64,000 bases of DNA, taken from the NCBI RefSeq assembly GCF_009914755.1, contig NC_060935.1; one strand, given 5' to 3'. The position numbers and the translations under genes were made by a program. Under the pieces are notes generated by a model, which was not told the origin of the DNA, did not search any database, and saw only the letters and a list, made by a program, of their open reading frames with translations. The stretch is from the human T2T-CHM13v2.0 reference genome, Homo sapiens. This document shows positions 37,940 through 58,739 of this stretch, one piece after another. How positions within the stretch are numbered: the stretch's first letter is position 1; each line of letters opens with the position of its first letter.

Positions 37940-39215
37940 TCACCACAATGTTTTATTTGCATATATTTGCTTGTGCACATATATGTGTGTGTTGTGGTGT
38001 AGAGTAGAAGACGAGTTTAAAGTCACGACATGGGTGACAGTTTGAGCTTATATCCTCAAACTCTAGCATGTGTCAGAATTATCCACAGGGCTTATTATTA
38101 TAGATATTCCTAAACCCCACCATATAAAACTAATTGTAACTACAATGTCGAAATAATTATTTATGTGAGTAATATAAGAGATACATGTCTGAGAGTATAT
38201 TCTTACAGGAGTAAAGGTTTCTTTTTCAGTAGAAGTTTACTCTCATTAACAACCATAAAATATAAAGAAAAATATGATAATTTTTAAAAATAATATCAGC
38301 AAGTTTTTACCATTAAAATCACCAAGGAGTTTAATCCTTCTAATATTTTTCTATACTTGTTTTTGTCTATATCCATCTTTGTCTATAATTTTTAAAAATT
38401 TTTTCAAAATAAGTTATATTTATTGTATTTTAAAGCTAAAAATGTATTTAAACATTTTATTAATTTAGGCTTTTTCAAATAATATCTTGTTATTTGATAC
38501 GTTCAGTTAATTACTAGTTGGTAACTTTAGATATAAAATGTTTGAAAGGCAGAAACCTGTTTTATAAATTATGAAGCCTCATATTGTCAAACCCTAATTT
38601 GATCAATGCACAATTTATACATGTATCAAAATACTATATTGTACCTTATAAAAATATGTGCAATTTTTATATATTGATTAAAAATAAAAATTTTAAAATT
38701 TGTTCAAATAAGTTGTCATTTAAATAAAGGTATCTTTTTGATTAGTTTGAATTTGATCAAAAACAAAATTATCTGAATTTTTTTGAGAGGCAGTACCTAT
38801 TTCATTTCCCTAAATTTAAAATTAAATCAGCCAGAGATGCCAGACACCGAGCTTCTACTTCTCTTTTTCCAAAACCACCCACCATCATCATTAGCATTTT
38901 GATCTCCAAGTCTAAAGGCTGGTAGGAATTGATCAGTACTGAAGGGAATTACATGTCCAGGAGGAAGGTGAGATGGTAGCAGATCCCAGATTTCAGTGAA
39001 GAAAGGGCAGAAATTATCAAAGAATGGAATGGTGTATATTCAAATATCATATAAAAATACTGTCAGATGTGGGAACAGAAATGAAAGTAGACTCGTTGCC
39101 CCAGAAAAATCAGACATGAATTTTCCACCTGGGTGTTATTTAAAAATCAATGACAATATAAACCAGCACTAGAGGGTGTTTGTAGAGGGTTATTTACAGA
39201 GATTAGAAATGGAGT

Positions 39216-39482
39216 TAATTTAATCAACGGTTGAAAGGTAAATCCTTTTATTGATACTTTGTACTGCAGACATCTAATCAGGGAGGGGCTTTAAGGATCC
39301 TATAATACACTGGCATCCAAAAAGCAAGTCTAATTATTTTAGAGGCATTTGGAATTTGCTAGACTGTGGAAACCTCAGAAAATAACATCTGTTGTCCAGA
39401 AAGCCCAGAGGACACAGAACTCCTGAGCCAAATGCATGAACTTTCCTGCAAGCACTGTTCAGACCAGTTATAGAATATTCAG
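39216..39482 (+). promoter_or_regulatory. Candidate UBTFL1 promoter and non-coding exon 1
   Basis: TAATTTAATCA at 39216-39226 (DUX4 consensus), CATCTAATCA 39271-39280, GGGAGGGG 39281, TATAAT 39301, donor CAG|GTGAGT at 39483; polypyrimidine-CAG acceptor at 43894. Confidence 0.6.
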
Positions 39483-39833
39483 GTGAGTATTTCCTTTAAT
39501 TTTTTGTTCCTTGTTTATACAAATTGTGAACTTCTGGAGGGAAAGTCCTAGATATTATACAGTTTTATCTATAGCATGATATCTAGAATTTAATTGGAAA
39601 CCTTTATTGTAGAATATGAAAAGTTCCATGTTGTCTTTAACTTCAGGTTGAATGCAGCCTTGGTCGTCTGCAAAGTTTTTAAGTGCTCAAAGGCACTTTT
39701 TTATTTTCCTAATATTCCACTGAAGTTTTTATTTCTGTCATGGTATTTTTATTTTACAAATCTATTTTGTTGTTTGAATCCTCTTTTTAAAGCCTCTTGT
39801 TATTTTTTGATATTTTTATTATATTTAATATAG

Positions 39834-40198
<365 letters not shown>

Positions 40199-40434
40199 AA
40201 ATATTTATCTTTTATGTTACAAAAATTTAAAAAACTAACAATTCATACAGCTTCATAAAGTCACAGGAGTTCATACATTTTGTTTAAGATCAAAACTTAC
40301 TCTCAAATGGTTCAGGAATAAAATGTCTTAAACTTCTAAGTATTTCGTAAGTGATTGTGATAAAAAATGAAAAATAAAAATTAGATGGATTATGACACAG
40401 AAAAGGGAAAATCACACAACATTGACAAGGTCAA

Positions 40435-40759
40435 TTTTTTTGAGACAGAGAGTCTCACTCTGTTGCCTAGTCTGAAGTGCAGTGATACAATCAAGGCTCA
40501 CTGAAGTCTTGACCTCCTGTGCTCAAGCCATCCTCTCACCTCAGCCTCCAGAGTAGTTGGGACTACAGGCACTACAAGTGTGGGCCTGGCTAAATTTTTG
40601 TTTTTGTAGACATGGGGTCTCTCCATGCTGCCCAGGCTGGTCTGGAACTCCTGAACTCAAGCAATCTTCCTGCATCAGCCTCCAAAAATGTTCAAATTAC
40701 AGGCATGAGCCACTGTGCCTGGCCCTATATAAATTCTTAGTTTTCCCAGTTTCTTTCCT

Positions 40760-40798
<39 letters not shown>

Positions 40799-41072
40799 GT
40801 CTGTCTGTCTGTCTGTCTTTCTTCCTTCCTTCCTTCCTTTCTTCCTTCCTTCCTTTCTTTCTTTCTTTCTCTTTCATTCTTTTTCTTTCTTTCTTTCTTT
40901 TTCTTTCTTTCTGTCTTTCTTTCTTGTTTTTGTTTTTTGTTTTTTTTTTTGACAGGAGTCTCTCACTTTGTTGCCCAGGCTTGTCTCAAACTCCTGAGTT
41001 CAAACGACCCTCCTTTTGGATCTTAGGCTCCAAAAGTGCTGGGATTACAGGCATGAGTCACCATGCCTGGTC
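40435..41072 (-). mobile_element. AluJ-like (~40435-40725), (TTTC/TTCC/TCTG)n microsatellite (~40750-40950) and FLAM (~40950-41072)
   Basis: Alu consensus pieces and a visible compound tetranucleotide repeat. Confidence 0.8.
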
Positions 41073-41171
41073 ACAGTTTCGTCATATATGTAATGGAACA
41101 GCAAGCATAAAATGAGCTCACAGAGTTTTAAGGAGAAAAATAAGATATTAATAATAAATGTAAAACATTTG

Positions 41172-41625
41172 CATATTAGGTTCCTGGGGCTGCTGTAATA
41201 AACTATCACAGATAAAACAATAATTTGCTCTCTCACATTTCTGAATGCCTAACATTTAAAATCAACATGTTGATAGAGTGGTTCCCTTTGGAAATTCTGA
41301 GGGGAAATCCACCTCCTGCCTCTCTGCTAGCTTCTGGTGGGTGATGAGAATCCTTGGCTTTCATTGGCTTGTGGCAGCATAGCTCTAGTGAGCTCTGTCT
41401 CTGCCTCTGTCTCCACATGGCTGTCTATGTGTCTCAGATTTTCCTTTTATTTTTTCTCTAAGGATACCAGTCATTGGACTTAGGTCCCACCCTAAACCCA
41501 GACTAATCTTGTTGGGAGATTACCAAGGTAGTTACATCTGCAAAGATCCTATTTTCAAAAGTCCATATTCACAGGTTTCAGTGGTTAGGACTTAGACATA
41601 TATTTCGGGGGGCCACTCTTTAACT
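41172..41625 (-). mobile_element. MLT1 (MaLR) solo LTR
   Basis: tattaggttcctggggctgctgtaataaac...ctctgctagcttctggtgg...aggataccagtcattgga...gttaggacttagacatatatttcggggg. Confidence 0.8.
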
Positions 41626-43004
41626 GGCAATTTGAAAAAAATGTCTGGCTCAGAAAACAGCCCCATAACAACAAAAACACAACTGTATTTTTATTTCCAC
41701 TGCTTTACGCACATCACCCTAACTTTTACAATTGGGAAGATGGTACTTCTTTTTTCCTAAATTCAGATTCTGAATATTTCACACCTCTTTTCTAATGTCA
41801 ATTCTATGTTTTTTCCCTTTTTTCTGAGTTAGAATACATCTTGTATTTATTTATTTTTATTATTTATAATCACCACAATATATTTGGAAGTCTGACATTT
41901 TTTATTTCTGAACCATTTGAGACTATGTTCTGATCTTAAACACAAAGTATGGAATCCATTATTTTTTCTTTTTTTTAACTTTGATTTGTGAAAGTTACTT
42001 TTTTCTTAATTACTCTTTTTATTTGTTACATTACTAAGTTTGTTTTATTTTAATTTTCATAGGACATTGATGAAATGACTTTTTTATGATTTTTGAGATG
42101 AAAAATTTAATAACTTTAAATTTTACATTCTTTTAAGTTTTTCACAGTTTATTTTAATGCTTTTTTTTTGTAAATTTTAATTATAGTTATTTATATCTTC
42201 ATTTATTATGGAACAACTTCCCAAAAGTCTTTTTCACATAATAAATTTAATATAATATATAAGCTATTATTTATTTTCTCTTCTGTCTCAAATATGGACT
42301 TTAATTATATTCCAATATTTCAGAACATTTTAATCTATGTTTTGAGACATTTGTGACTTACGTGATATTATGACTATTATTCTTTACACTTCTAGTGAAT
42401 TTTTAATGTCATTCAAAGGCTACATCCTTCTATACTCTACTGAGAATTAAAAATAGTTCTCAAAAATATTATTCTCAGATATTCAGAACTCATTCTCAGA
42501 ATTTCAACTTCCACCAGTATCTTAACTCTGTTCTCTTTCCCTTCTAATGCATATTTTCCCCCTGAAGGCCCACTGTTACACTCCTTATTCACCCTCCATT
42601 TAAGATTCGGTTTTATTTAATGTTGTATGTATTCGTACACAATTTTATTTATGTGAGGCTTAGTCTTAGAATAGAAGATCATCCTAAAAAGACTAGTGAA
42701 AGAGTTATGAGAATTTCAAGAGTGAATCCAGAAATCACGTGCCAGAAGAATTACTTCAGGCAAGACAGAATTGCTAAAAAAAAAAAAAAAAAAAGGAGTA
42801 GTCATCAGATCTGCCACATTTTCAAGTTTTGTAATGGAAAATGGCAGGTATTCTGGAGGGAGTTTCTGGAGGAAGCCAAACTTTCACTGAGGCTTAAATA
42901 TGATGAACAATTAACCAAATAAAGTTGAAATGTTTTATAATTGTCATTAAATCCTTGATATTTAAAAGGAGAAGCAGTATGGTTCTTAGAAAGCATTCAT
43001 TCCC

Positions 43005-43310
43005 GGCCCAGGAGTGGTGGCTCACGCCTGTAATCCTAGCGCTCTGGGAAGCCGAGGCAGGCGGATCACCTGAGGTTGGGAATTCGAGACCAGCCTGGCC
43101 AACATGGTGAAACCCCATCTCTACTAAAAAATACAGAAAAATTAGCCAGTCGTGGTGGCACATGCCTGTAATCTCAGCTGCTTGGGAGGCTGAGGCAGGA
43201 GAATCACTTGAAGCTGAAAAACAGAGGTTGCAGTGAGCCCAGATTGCCCCACTGCACTCTAACCCGGGCGACAAGAGTGAAACTCCGTCTCAATTAAAAA
43301 AAAAAAAAAG
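43005..43310 (+). mobile_element. Alu (AluS-like)
   Basis: Full dimer; imperfect TSD agaaagcatt(c/a)attccc on both sides. Confidence 0.9.
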
Positions 43311-44026
43311 AAATAAAAGAAAGCAAGAAAGCATTAATTCCCATGCACTGGTCCTGGAGAATCTATAATTCAGTCTTTTATCACAGGTTCACATTCCCTT
43401 ATAAAAAGGTAACAGTTGGATGCATGTCTGGAGGAGCTCTTGGGCTTGTCCGATTGTATCTTTAACTTCTCATCTGCACCTTTAGCTATGGCTATTTGGG
43501 CTGTGCTTAGAAAATGGCCATACTCAGGGCACTGTAGAATGAACAGTCCTTCCTGTTTAGGCATTTCTCCTTCCACTTTAACTTCTGACTCTGTCTTCAG
43601 GGCATTTCTGTTATATTAAGCTTCTTAAGTGATGAGTGGTCTGGTGTTTGTGTTATGCAACTCAATTTAAGATAGGTTCATGTGAGATCTGGCAGAAAGC
43701 AGGCTGGGGTGGGGTGTGGAGATACTGAATATTGTGCATGTAGCATATGAAAGGCAAACATAAATTTAATTCAGAAACAGGCAATGTTTATTTATAGTTA
43801 AGGGTCAAATGAATTATACAAGGGACATATGACAAATAGGATGTAATTTGCTTCATTAATCCAAATGAAGGAGAGTAACTTTCTTTCTCCTCAGAAATAC
43901 AGAATCACACATACTGCAATACTTCCAGAAATAAATCATCCACTGAGTCTTAAAAGTAAAGAACTCTGTGTTCTTGCTCTGGTGTCTACATAACCGGGAT
44001 CTTATAAGTAAGCCAAAGACATCTAA

Positions 44027-45208
44027 ATGGCTTTGCCTAGAAGCCAAGGCCATTGGTCCAACAAAGACATCTTGAGGTTACTGGAATGCATGGAGAATAA
44101 TCGCCCATCTGATGACAACAGCACGTTTAGCTCAACTCAGTCACACATGGACTGGGGAAAAGTAGCTTTTAAAAACTTTTCTGGTGAAATGTGCAGACTC
44201 AAATGGTTAGAGATTTCTTGCAACTTGAGAAAATTCGGCACTTTGAAAGAATTAGTCCTGGAAGCTAAGAAATGTGTTAAAAAGATGAACAAAAGCCAAA
44301 AATACAGGAACGGTCCAGACTTTCCAAAGAGGCCCCTTACTGCTTACAATCGCTTCTTCAAGGAGAGTTGGCCCCAGTACTCCCAAATGTACCCTGGGAT
44401 GAGAAGCCAGGAACTGACCAAAATCCTGTCAAAGAAATACAGGGAACTCCCAGAGCAGATGAAACAGAAATATATTCAGGATTTCCGGAAGGAAAAGCAA
44501 GAATTTGAGGAAAAACTTGCTCGATTCAGGGAAGAACACCCTGATTTAGTCCAGAAGGCCAAGAAATCTAGTGTCTCCAAGAGGACTCAAAACAAAGTGC
44601 AAAAGAAGTTTCAGAAAAATATTGAAGAAGTGAGGTCTCTTCCAAAAACGGATCGATTTTTCAAGAAGGTAAAATTTCATGGAGAGCCTCAGAAACCCCC
44701 CATGAATGGATACCACAAGTTTCACCAAGATTCCTGGTCAAGTAAAGAGATGCAACATTTGTCAGTGAGGGAGCGCATGGTAGAGATTGGCAGACGCTGG
44801 CAGCGCATCCCGCAGAGCCAGAAGGATCATTTTAAGAGCCAGGCTGAGGAGCTGCAGAAGCAATACAAGGTGAAATTGGATCTCTGGCTCAAGACTTTGT
44901 CACCTGAAAATTATGCTGCATACAAAGAATCGACCTATGCTAAGGGTAAGAATATGGCCATGACAGGAGGCCCGGACCCCAGGTTGAAACAAGCAGATCC
45001 ACAGTCCTCATCAGCAAAGGGTCTGCAAGAAGGGTTTGGGGAGGGGCAAGGGCTCCAGGCTGCAGGAACAGATTCATCACAGACTATTTGGGTAAACTGT
45101 CATGTCTCCATGGAACCAGAAGAGAACAGGAAGAAAGATAGAGAAAAGGAAGAAAGCAGTAACTCTTCAGACTGCAGCAGTGGAGAAGAAATAGAAGTTG
45201 ATGTCTGA
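44027..45208 (+). CDS. UBTFL1: Upstream binding transcription factor-like 1 (UBF-derived HMG-box retrogene), 393 aa
   Basis: Uninterrupted intronless ORF: UBF-like N-terminus ([13 protein letters not shown]...HMDWGKVAF), HMG box 1 ([15 protein letters not shown]), HMG box 2 ([14 protein letters not shown]), short Ser/acidic tail. AATAAA at 45372 and 45849. A near-identical paralog (UBTFL2) cannot be excluded without alignment. Confidence 0.93.
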   Translation: MALPRSQGHWSNKDILRLLECMENNRPSDDNSTFSSTQSHMDWGKVAFKNFSGEMCRLKWLEISCNLRKFGTLKELVLEAKKCVKKMNKSQKYRNGPDFPKRPLTAYNRFFKESWPQYSQMYPGMRSQELTKILSKKYRELPEQMKQKYIQDFRKEKQEFEEKLARFREEHPDLVQKAKKSSVSKRTQNKVQKKFQKNIEEVRSLPKTDRFFKKVKFHGEPQKPPMNGYHKFHQDSWSSKEMQHLSVRERMVEIGRRWQRIPQSQKDHFKSQAEELQKQYKVKLDLWLKTLSPENYAAYKESTYAKGKNMAMTGGPDPRLKQADPQSSSAKGLQEGFGEGQGLQAAGTDSSQTIWVNCHVSMEPEENRKKDREKEESSNSSDCSSGEEIEVDV

Positions 45209-46642
45209 GGGCAGTGGCTCTAGTGCAGCTTCCTTGTTTTTTTTTTTTTGTTTGTTTGTTTTCTTTTCTTCCTTCCTCCCGCAAAGTAGGACAGGTTGGG
45301 AAGAAAGAAGCAACTTGGTGCAGCACTCTCCTACATCAAGATTATGAACCTGGGAGGAACTCTTTGGGAAGAATAAATATAAGTTTGAGCCAATACTGGC
45401 CTTATCCTTAAAAAAACAAACAAACAAATATCATCCCTTTCCCGAGGAACTTTATGCAATTAAGGCTTCTGAAATGAAGAGATGATTACGTTGTGGGGTA
45501 CACACTGTATTAGACTGAATATTTCTGAAGCAAGAAGCTTTGCTTTACTCATTTTTGTCCTGCCAAAGGTGGTAGGGGGATACCCATAAGCCTGGGACCC
45601 AAACTTCCCTGTGGAAATGTTTTTCAGGACTCCTGCACTAAATCTAAGGTCGGGGATATTTGATGAAAGGTGGGGTAGGTGTCTTAAGAGAATTGTCCCA
45701 CTCTTGATATCTCTCTCCTCCCCTCCCTGAAGTAAGGAGTTGGCCATTCCCATGCCTGGGAGTAGGGAGTAATATTTCTACATGTATATCTGACTCAGTT
45801 CTCAATTAGACTTTTCTTGCTTATTTCAAAAAAAAAATGAAAATACAAAATAAAAAGTTACTGATTTAATCTGAAAGAGCTCCTCCACAGAATCATTTGT
45901 GACACTGGGTGCAGCTTCTCTAAGTTATATCTTCATTTATTCTTGAAGCTCCAAATTTTTCCTGCTGCTTCAGGTGCAAGTGAATCTCACCTTTAGCATT
46001 CAGGATTGATACAAAGATGTAGAGAAAGACAGATATAGATGAGTACACTATCCTGTTTCACTATCTGCTCTATCTAAGAATTCATGCACCAGTGTCACAT
46101 TGTTTTAATTTTTTGGTTTACTAATATGTTTGAAAATCTACCTAAAGTTAGTGCCTTCTCAGTATACCTTTATTCTATTAAACATTTCTGGCTATTTTCA
46201 TACTTCGTTCTCATGAATATTAGCATCACAGAACTAGTTGTATTCTTTTTGTATAAAAACCATTGAATAATGAGTGTTTATTTTGTCCCTAGATATCTTA
46301 GGAAAATTTTACTTATAAGTTTTTTCTAAATAAATAATAAGTTTCAGAGAATAATGGCAATGTTTACCATTTTTATACCTCTAATTTCTAAATGTGTTGG
46401 ATTAAAATATCCAGAAGAATGTTAAGTAACAACAATAATCTGTTCTTGGCTTGCTTCTGACTTTTAACCTAATGCTTACAGAATTTAAAATCATGAAAAT
46501 TATGCTGATGTGTACATTTGAAATAAATTATTAAAAATAAGAAAATTGCTATTTACTTTTATTATTATTTGCTTTTAATTTTTAATGCATATCGATTTTT
46601 AACAAATTTATTTTATCATATATTTATGTAATTTTTTCTTAC

Positions 46643-47095
46643 TGTATTAGTCATCATCCTGCAGAGAAACAGAACCACCAACATAGATAGAGAAACAAAG
46701 TGACAGAGAGAGTGATAGAATAGTAGAGAGGAGAGAGACAAAGAGACTAATTTTATTATGAAGAATTGGCTCACAAAATTGTGGAGGCAAAAAATATCAT
46801 GATCTGCAATCTGCAAGCTGGACACTTAGGAAAGCCAGAGGTGTAATTCAATCTGAGTCTGAAGGCCTGGGAAGCAGGGCAGCCAATGGTGTAAACCCTA
46901 ATTCAAGTGTAGGTGAAGATAAGACGAGATATACTAGTTAAGCAGTGAGACAGGACAGAAAGGGTCACACTCCTCTATCATCTGCCCTTTGTTCTATGCA
47001 GGCCTTAAATGGGTTGGATAATGCACATCCCATACTGGGGAGGGAAGCCTACTTTACAGAGACCAGTTCAAGCTGACACATACAATTTACCATCA
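46643..47095 (-). mobile_element. MLT2 (ERVL) solo LTR
   Basis: tgtattagtc...cagagaaacagaacc...gaattggctcac...ctgcaagctgga...agtctgaaggcctg...aagctgacacatacaatttaccatcata. Confidence 0.8.
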
Positions 47096-47158
47096 TACTT
47101 TCATTTTCTTACAGATTCTGGAGATTTAGGTATTTTTATACGAATTCTAGATGGCTGA

Positions 47159-47455
<297 letters not shown>

Positions 47456-47760
47456 AATGGGTTGAACTTATTTAGAAAATGTGTTTGCATATTATGTCCT
47501 TTGTTTCTCTTAACATCAAGTTTGCAAAATTAACTTTAAAGATCTGATTCTTTTTATTTCCAATTCAGGAGATAATGTAAGTCACATTTGCCACTAACTA
47601 GTAGTAAGGCCCATAGCCCAGGCTAGATGGTGAGATGTACAAATTCAATTGGGGCTTTAGTAGTGATTTTAAATGAAATGTTTTTAAGTTTATTCAGCAC
47701 CTACTCTTTTTAAGACTTGCCCTCCTTGTGTGGGATACAGAGATTAAAGGTACAATTCTT

Positions 47761-53808
<6,048 letters not shown>

Positions 53809-54010
53809 AAAGGTACAATTCTTGACAGCATGACACTCAGAGTTAAAGATGGTATTATTTGGCTTAAAAACCACAAATACTGACAAATATAAACTAAACT
53901 TATGAGTTTGCTATTTTACTAAAATATCATTGGTTAAAATACTGATCTCTTTGCTTCTCTGTTACCTCATCTATACATTCATGAACTGGAAATAAAATTA
54001 TGGTTAGATT

Positions 54011-54318
54011 AGGCCAGGTGTGGTGCCTCATGCCTATAATCCCAGCATTTTGGGAGGCTGAGTAGGCCAGATCACTTGAGGTCAGGAGTTCAAGACCAGC
54101 CTGGCCAACATGGTGAAACCCCATCTCTACTAAAAATACAAAAATTATCCAGATGTAGTGGTACATGCCTGTAATCCCAGCTACTCAAGAGGCTGAGGCA
54201 GGATAATTGCTTGAACCTGGGAGGCAGAGGTTGCAGTGAGCCCTGATTATACCAGTGCACTCCAGCCTAAGTGACAGAGCAAGACTCCATCTCACAAAAC
54301 CAAACAAAACAAAAAAAT
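54011..54318 (+). mobile_element. Alu (AluS-like)
   Basis: Full dimer with A-rich tail. Confidence 0.9.
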
Positions 54319-55599
54319 TACAATGAGATTAGATATAGGTAAATGTTAGACTTAATGCTTATAAAGTACCTAGCTCACAGTAGATTTATAGAAAATGTTA
54401 GGCTGTCACCTTTTTTTCTTCTTTGTTTCTTTCATCATCCATATTTCTCCTTTACTTAATTCCAATGAAAACCTTTAAGTAATGCATATTATGTAACAAT
54501 ATATATTACATTAAATAAATTTAAATGCAATTAATGATATTTATCTGCAATGCACATAAAGACCTACTACCTTGCTAGAATTTGGTCCCAAATTTGACCC
54601 AAGTATACCAGAAATGTTTTAAAATAGTGTTGTGGATTGTGTCTGTGTATGTGTGTATGTATGTGTGTGTGTGTTTGCGTGTATACATATATATATACAC
54701 ACTATATATTTGTACATAATAATGAGAGAGCGTTGAATGCAATGGCAATTGATAGAAAGTGCAGTACAATTTTTAAAATGTAAAAATGTTTCTGAAAGGA
54801 AATTAAATCAAAATTTGTCCTTGATATAACAAGTATTAATTCAAAAAGGAAGTATTGGAAGTGCAAGTGATGTCCAGACAGAGGAAACAGCATACCCAAA
54901 CATTCAAAGTGAAGAAGGCCATGATGCTTGTGGAGAATCTACTTCTACATTTCTTTGTTCCAGTCTTCTGTTACACACAGCTCATGGAAACTGCTAAACA
55001 CACTGAGATCCAGTTTAGAGGCATTTCTTGTTTACACATTTTTAAAAATTTCACCTTAAAAATTCTGAAAATATAGAGAGGTACAGTGTGCTTTCAGACT
55101 ATTTCCAAACTTCTAAAGAAAAACAGAGAAAAACTAGGTTAACAAAATTAAAATTCATGAACAATATTTACAACAACACTGGGTAACAATGTGCCCTACA
55201 AAAAATCCCCAGTGTAAATAGTGACAGACAAATCAGGAAGACCTGCAATATCCATGAGGAATCAGAATCCTTTCAAGATTAAGCAGAGAGGGTGAACACA
55301 ATATATTATGGATTTGAGAACCCCCAAGTCAGCAACAAGGATTCATTAGAAAGTGGGCAAGGCAATTAAAAAACAGCTACGGAAACTAAGTAGGGTGGGA
55401 GTTTGCACACATCAATAAGCAAGAGTCCAGGATGAGATAAAAAAGAGGCTGGGACCATATGGCTTCTACAACTCTTAAAATAACCAGACCAAATTCTCTT
55501 CCAGGATCAAGTTCCGTATTGAGAAGAATTTACTGTAAGTAAACTACATATTAAACAAGGCTGACACAATAGGGCCAAAAAAAGAGAAGGCCCACCTTC

Positions 55600-56205
55600 T
55601 CTTTTTATATATATATTATATATATATATATTATATATATATAATATATAATACTGTATATATATTATATATACAGTATATAAAGTATATATTTATATAT
55701 AATACATATTATATATAAATATATAAAGTATATATTTATATATAATATGTATTATATATAAATATAGAAAGTATATATTTATATATAATATATATTTTAT
55801 ATAAATATACACTTTCTATATTTATATATAATATATAATATATATAAATATATAAGGTGTATATATATAATATATATTATATATAAATATATAAAGTATA
55901 TATTTATATATAATATATATTATACATACAATATATAAAGTATGTATTTTTATGTTATATATAAATATATAAAATATATATTTATATATAATATATATTA
56001 TATATAAATATATAAAGTACATCTATAAAATATATAAAACATATGTTAATTATATATAATTAATTAATATATATAAATTATATATAAAATATAAAGCATA
56101 TCATATAAAATATATAATATATAATATATTGTATAAATATTTATATATTATATATTTTATATGATATAGTTTATAAATCATATAAAAATTATATATATAT
56201 ATAAC
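55600..56205. repeat. ~600-bp degenerate AT-rich (TA)n micro/minisatellite
   Basis: Almost only A/T, with recurring ~38-nt units (tataaagtatatatttatatataat...). Confidence 0.95.
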
Positions 56206-56490
56206 ATAGGGCTCAATTAGTTTCTGCTAGTGTGGAGAGAAGTCATATGGCTAAGGGCCATGATGGTAGGAGCAGTCAGAGGATTTCTTGCGTTATGATG
56301 AATGCATATAAGTTATATGAGCCACTTATGAGTAGATTTCATAGCAGGATAACAGTTATATCATTGATACCTAGGCAGTACATGACACTCAATAAAGAAT
56401 AGATTAATCCTCATGCTCTTCATCTTCCTCCTAATCTCTTTACCTGTGCTGCCCTCCAGCTTTCAAAGTGCTCTCAGAGTCATCACTTAC

Positions 56491-56892
56491 ACAGTGTTCC
56501 TTTGCTTCCCCTTCAGTGGGCCAGTGTTTCTGTGCCCCAGTGTTCCTGCGAGATAGAACACAGAAAACAGAGCAGGCTCTTGCCCACATCACAGAACATC
56601 TTTGTCTCCCTGTGGATCCCGCACATTTGTTCATTAGAGCTCAGGAATTGCCAGAGACTGGCTTTTCTCACAATGGACACTAGATTCTTCAGAAGAATAT
56701 CGGTTTTGAAATCTTCCTGCTGTGACGGTTCCCTGCATGCAGGGCAGGAGTGTGGGCTTCTTCCCAGCAAAGGCAGAGGCAGGGCCTACAGAAACTGTGC
56801 CAGCAGCCTATAGTGATGGGGTCTATGAGGTAATTCAGGCAGATGAGGCAGGTGAGTTCTTTCTGGAAGGCTTGTGGGAATTCTAAGTCCAT
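56491..56892 (-). pseudogene. Orphan TRIM43-like RING/B-box exon (frameshifted)
   Basis: [45 protein letters not shown] / CPACREPS...[30 protein letters not shown]...; acceptor at 56897, donor GTAAGT at 56490. At least two frameshifts; no downstream TRIM exons recognised. Confidence 0.88.
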
Positions 56893-57155
56893 TTTTCTGA
56901 GGGAAGAAACCCAGAAGAATTTATTCTTATGCCATAGAGAGACAAAGATCTATGCAAAGTTTGAATCAGGTTTTGAGTAGGATCAGCTCACAAGTTTAAA
57001 TCTATAGCAGGATAGAATTTTATTTTACACATAACGAAAATGAAAAACTGAGGCACAGAATTCAAGCTTTGCAGAAAAATGTGTTGGCTCCCTAACGAAC
57101 ACACACACACACCTACTTTCCCAAATTCTTTCCTCCTGTATGAAAAAAAACTTAA

Positions 57156-57520
57156 GGCTGGGCACAGTGGCTCATGCTTGTAATCCAGCACTTTGGGAGG
57201 CTGAGGCAGCAGGATTGCTTGATCCAAGGACTTCAAGACCAGCCTGGGCAACATGATGAGACCCTGTCTCTACAAAAAAAAAAAAAAAAAGAGGAAAAAA
57301 ATTACCTGAGCATGCCTATAGCCCCAGCTACTAGAGAGGCTGAGGTGAGAGGATTGCTTGAGCCCAGGAGGTCAAGGCGGCAGTGAGCCATAATCCAGCC
57401 ACTATACTCTAGCCTGAGTGACAGAGCAAGACTGTCTTAAAAATGAACAAAGAAAGAAAAGAAAGAAAGGAAGAAAGAGAGAGAGAGAAGAAGGAAGGAA
57501 GAAAAGAAGGAAGGAAGTTT
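57156..57520 (+). mobile_element. AluJ-like element with GA-rich tail
   Basis: Dimer followed by (gaaa/ggaa)n. Confidence 0.87.
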
Positions 57521-58701
57521 ACAGAGTTTTTTGAAGTGTTAGTGTTCCCTAAATTTTATGGTCTTCAGAGGTTTACCCTCCTATAGCTTCAAGGGGTGAG
57601 TCCTGACTGATAGGAAAATCAGTCACACTCTTACTTGCCAGTGATTCATTTAGGGAAGACAGCTAACTAAGCTCTTCCACTTTGATTATTTCATTTAATT
57701 GTTAACAACCATCTTATCATGACTTCTTCAAAATTACCCTGCCAGTAAGTGTTGGAGGCCTCCCCAGAAGCAGAAACCACCATGCTTCCTGTATAGCCTA
57801 TGGAACCATGAGCCAACTAAAGGTATTTCTCGGTTATTTCTTAATATCTTTGGCCAAAATTAAAGAGTTAGGCTTTACTCTCCAAGATACTGCAATAGAC
57901 AAAAACAAGCCACCACTGTTTTCTAATGTTGTTTTCTTGTTAATTCAATCAACAAGTATTTTCTGGTAAGTTTAGTGTTCCAGAGACTGTTAACCTGGTG
58001 ATGTACTGGTTAATAAAACATCCTCAAGAGAATTAAATGTTTAAAAATAAACCAGATGATAAAATGCAGTAGTGTACACAATGCCACTTAACCACATGTC
58101 TTCTGTCTGTCACCCATGATCCAGAAAATGTCTTTAGTATAAGCCATTGGTAAAGATGCATGAAAAATTTACATATAGAAGACATAGTCACAAAATTATT
58201 TTTTTCCTTTGATATCCCTTGTTACCTCAAATAGAATTTACCACTCCAATTCGATTTCTGAATACATGGGAGTTAATAGAATACTCCTAATCCATTTATA
58301 GGATCTACACTAAGTAAAAAAATTAAAGACATCTGAAAACTACTTTGTGAGTCCTTATACTCCATATCAATAGTCATGGAATATATTAAGTAATAGGCCA
58401 AAAATTAATCATCATATTAACCAAAAACACATAGTAAGACAAGGTAACTAAATATTTTCATTTGGAAATTGGGAAATTTAGTCAATTTTAAAACTCAGCA
58501 CATGAGATCATTTCACAGAAGGAACCTAGGTTTGCTGGCAAATTATAATTAGGACATTTTTGTTTTGGTTTGGGAGGGTAGTTCCTCTTCTGTAAATTGT
58601 GTACTCACTTAAGAAATATATCTATTTTCTCACCGACGCTTGCTGTAGAGGTAATACTATGAAGTTAGCTCAGGGATCAGGACTCCACATTGCGGTGCTG
58701 G

Positions 58702-58737
<36 letters not shown>

Positions 58738-58739
58738 CC

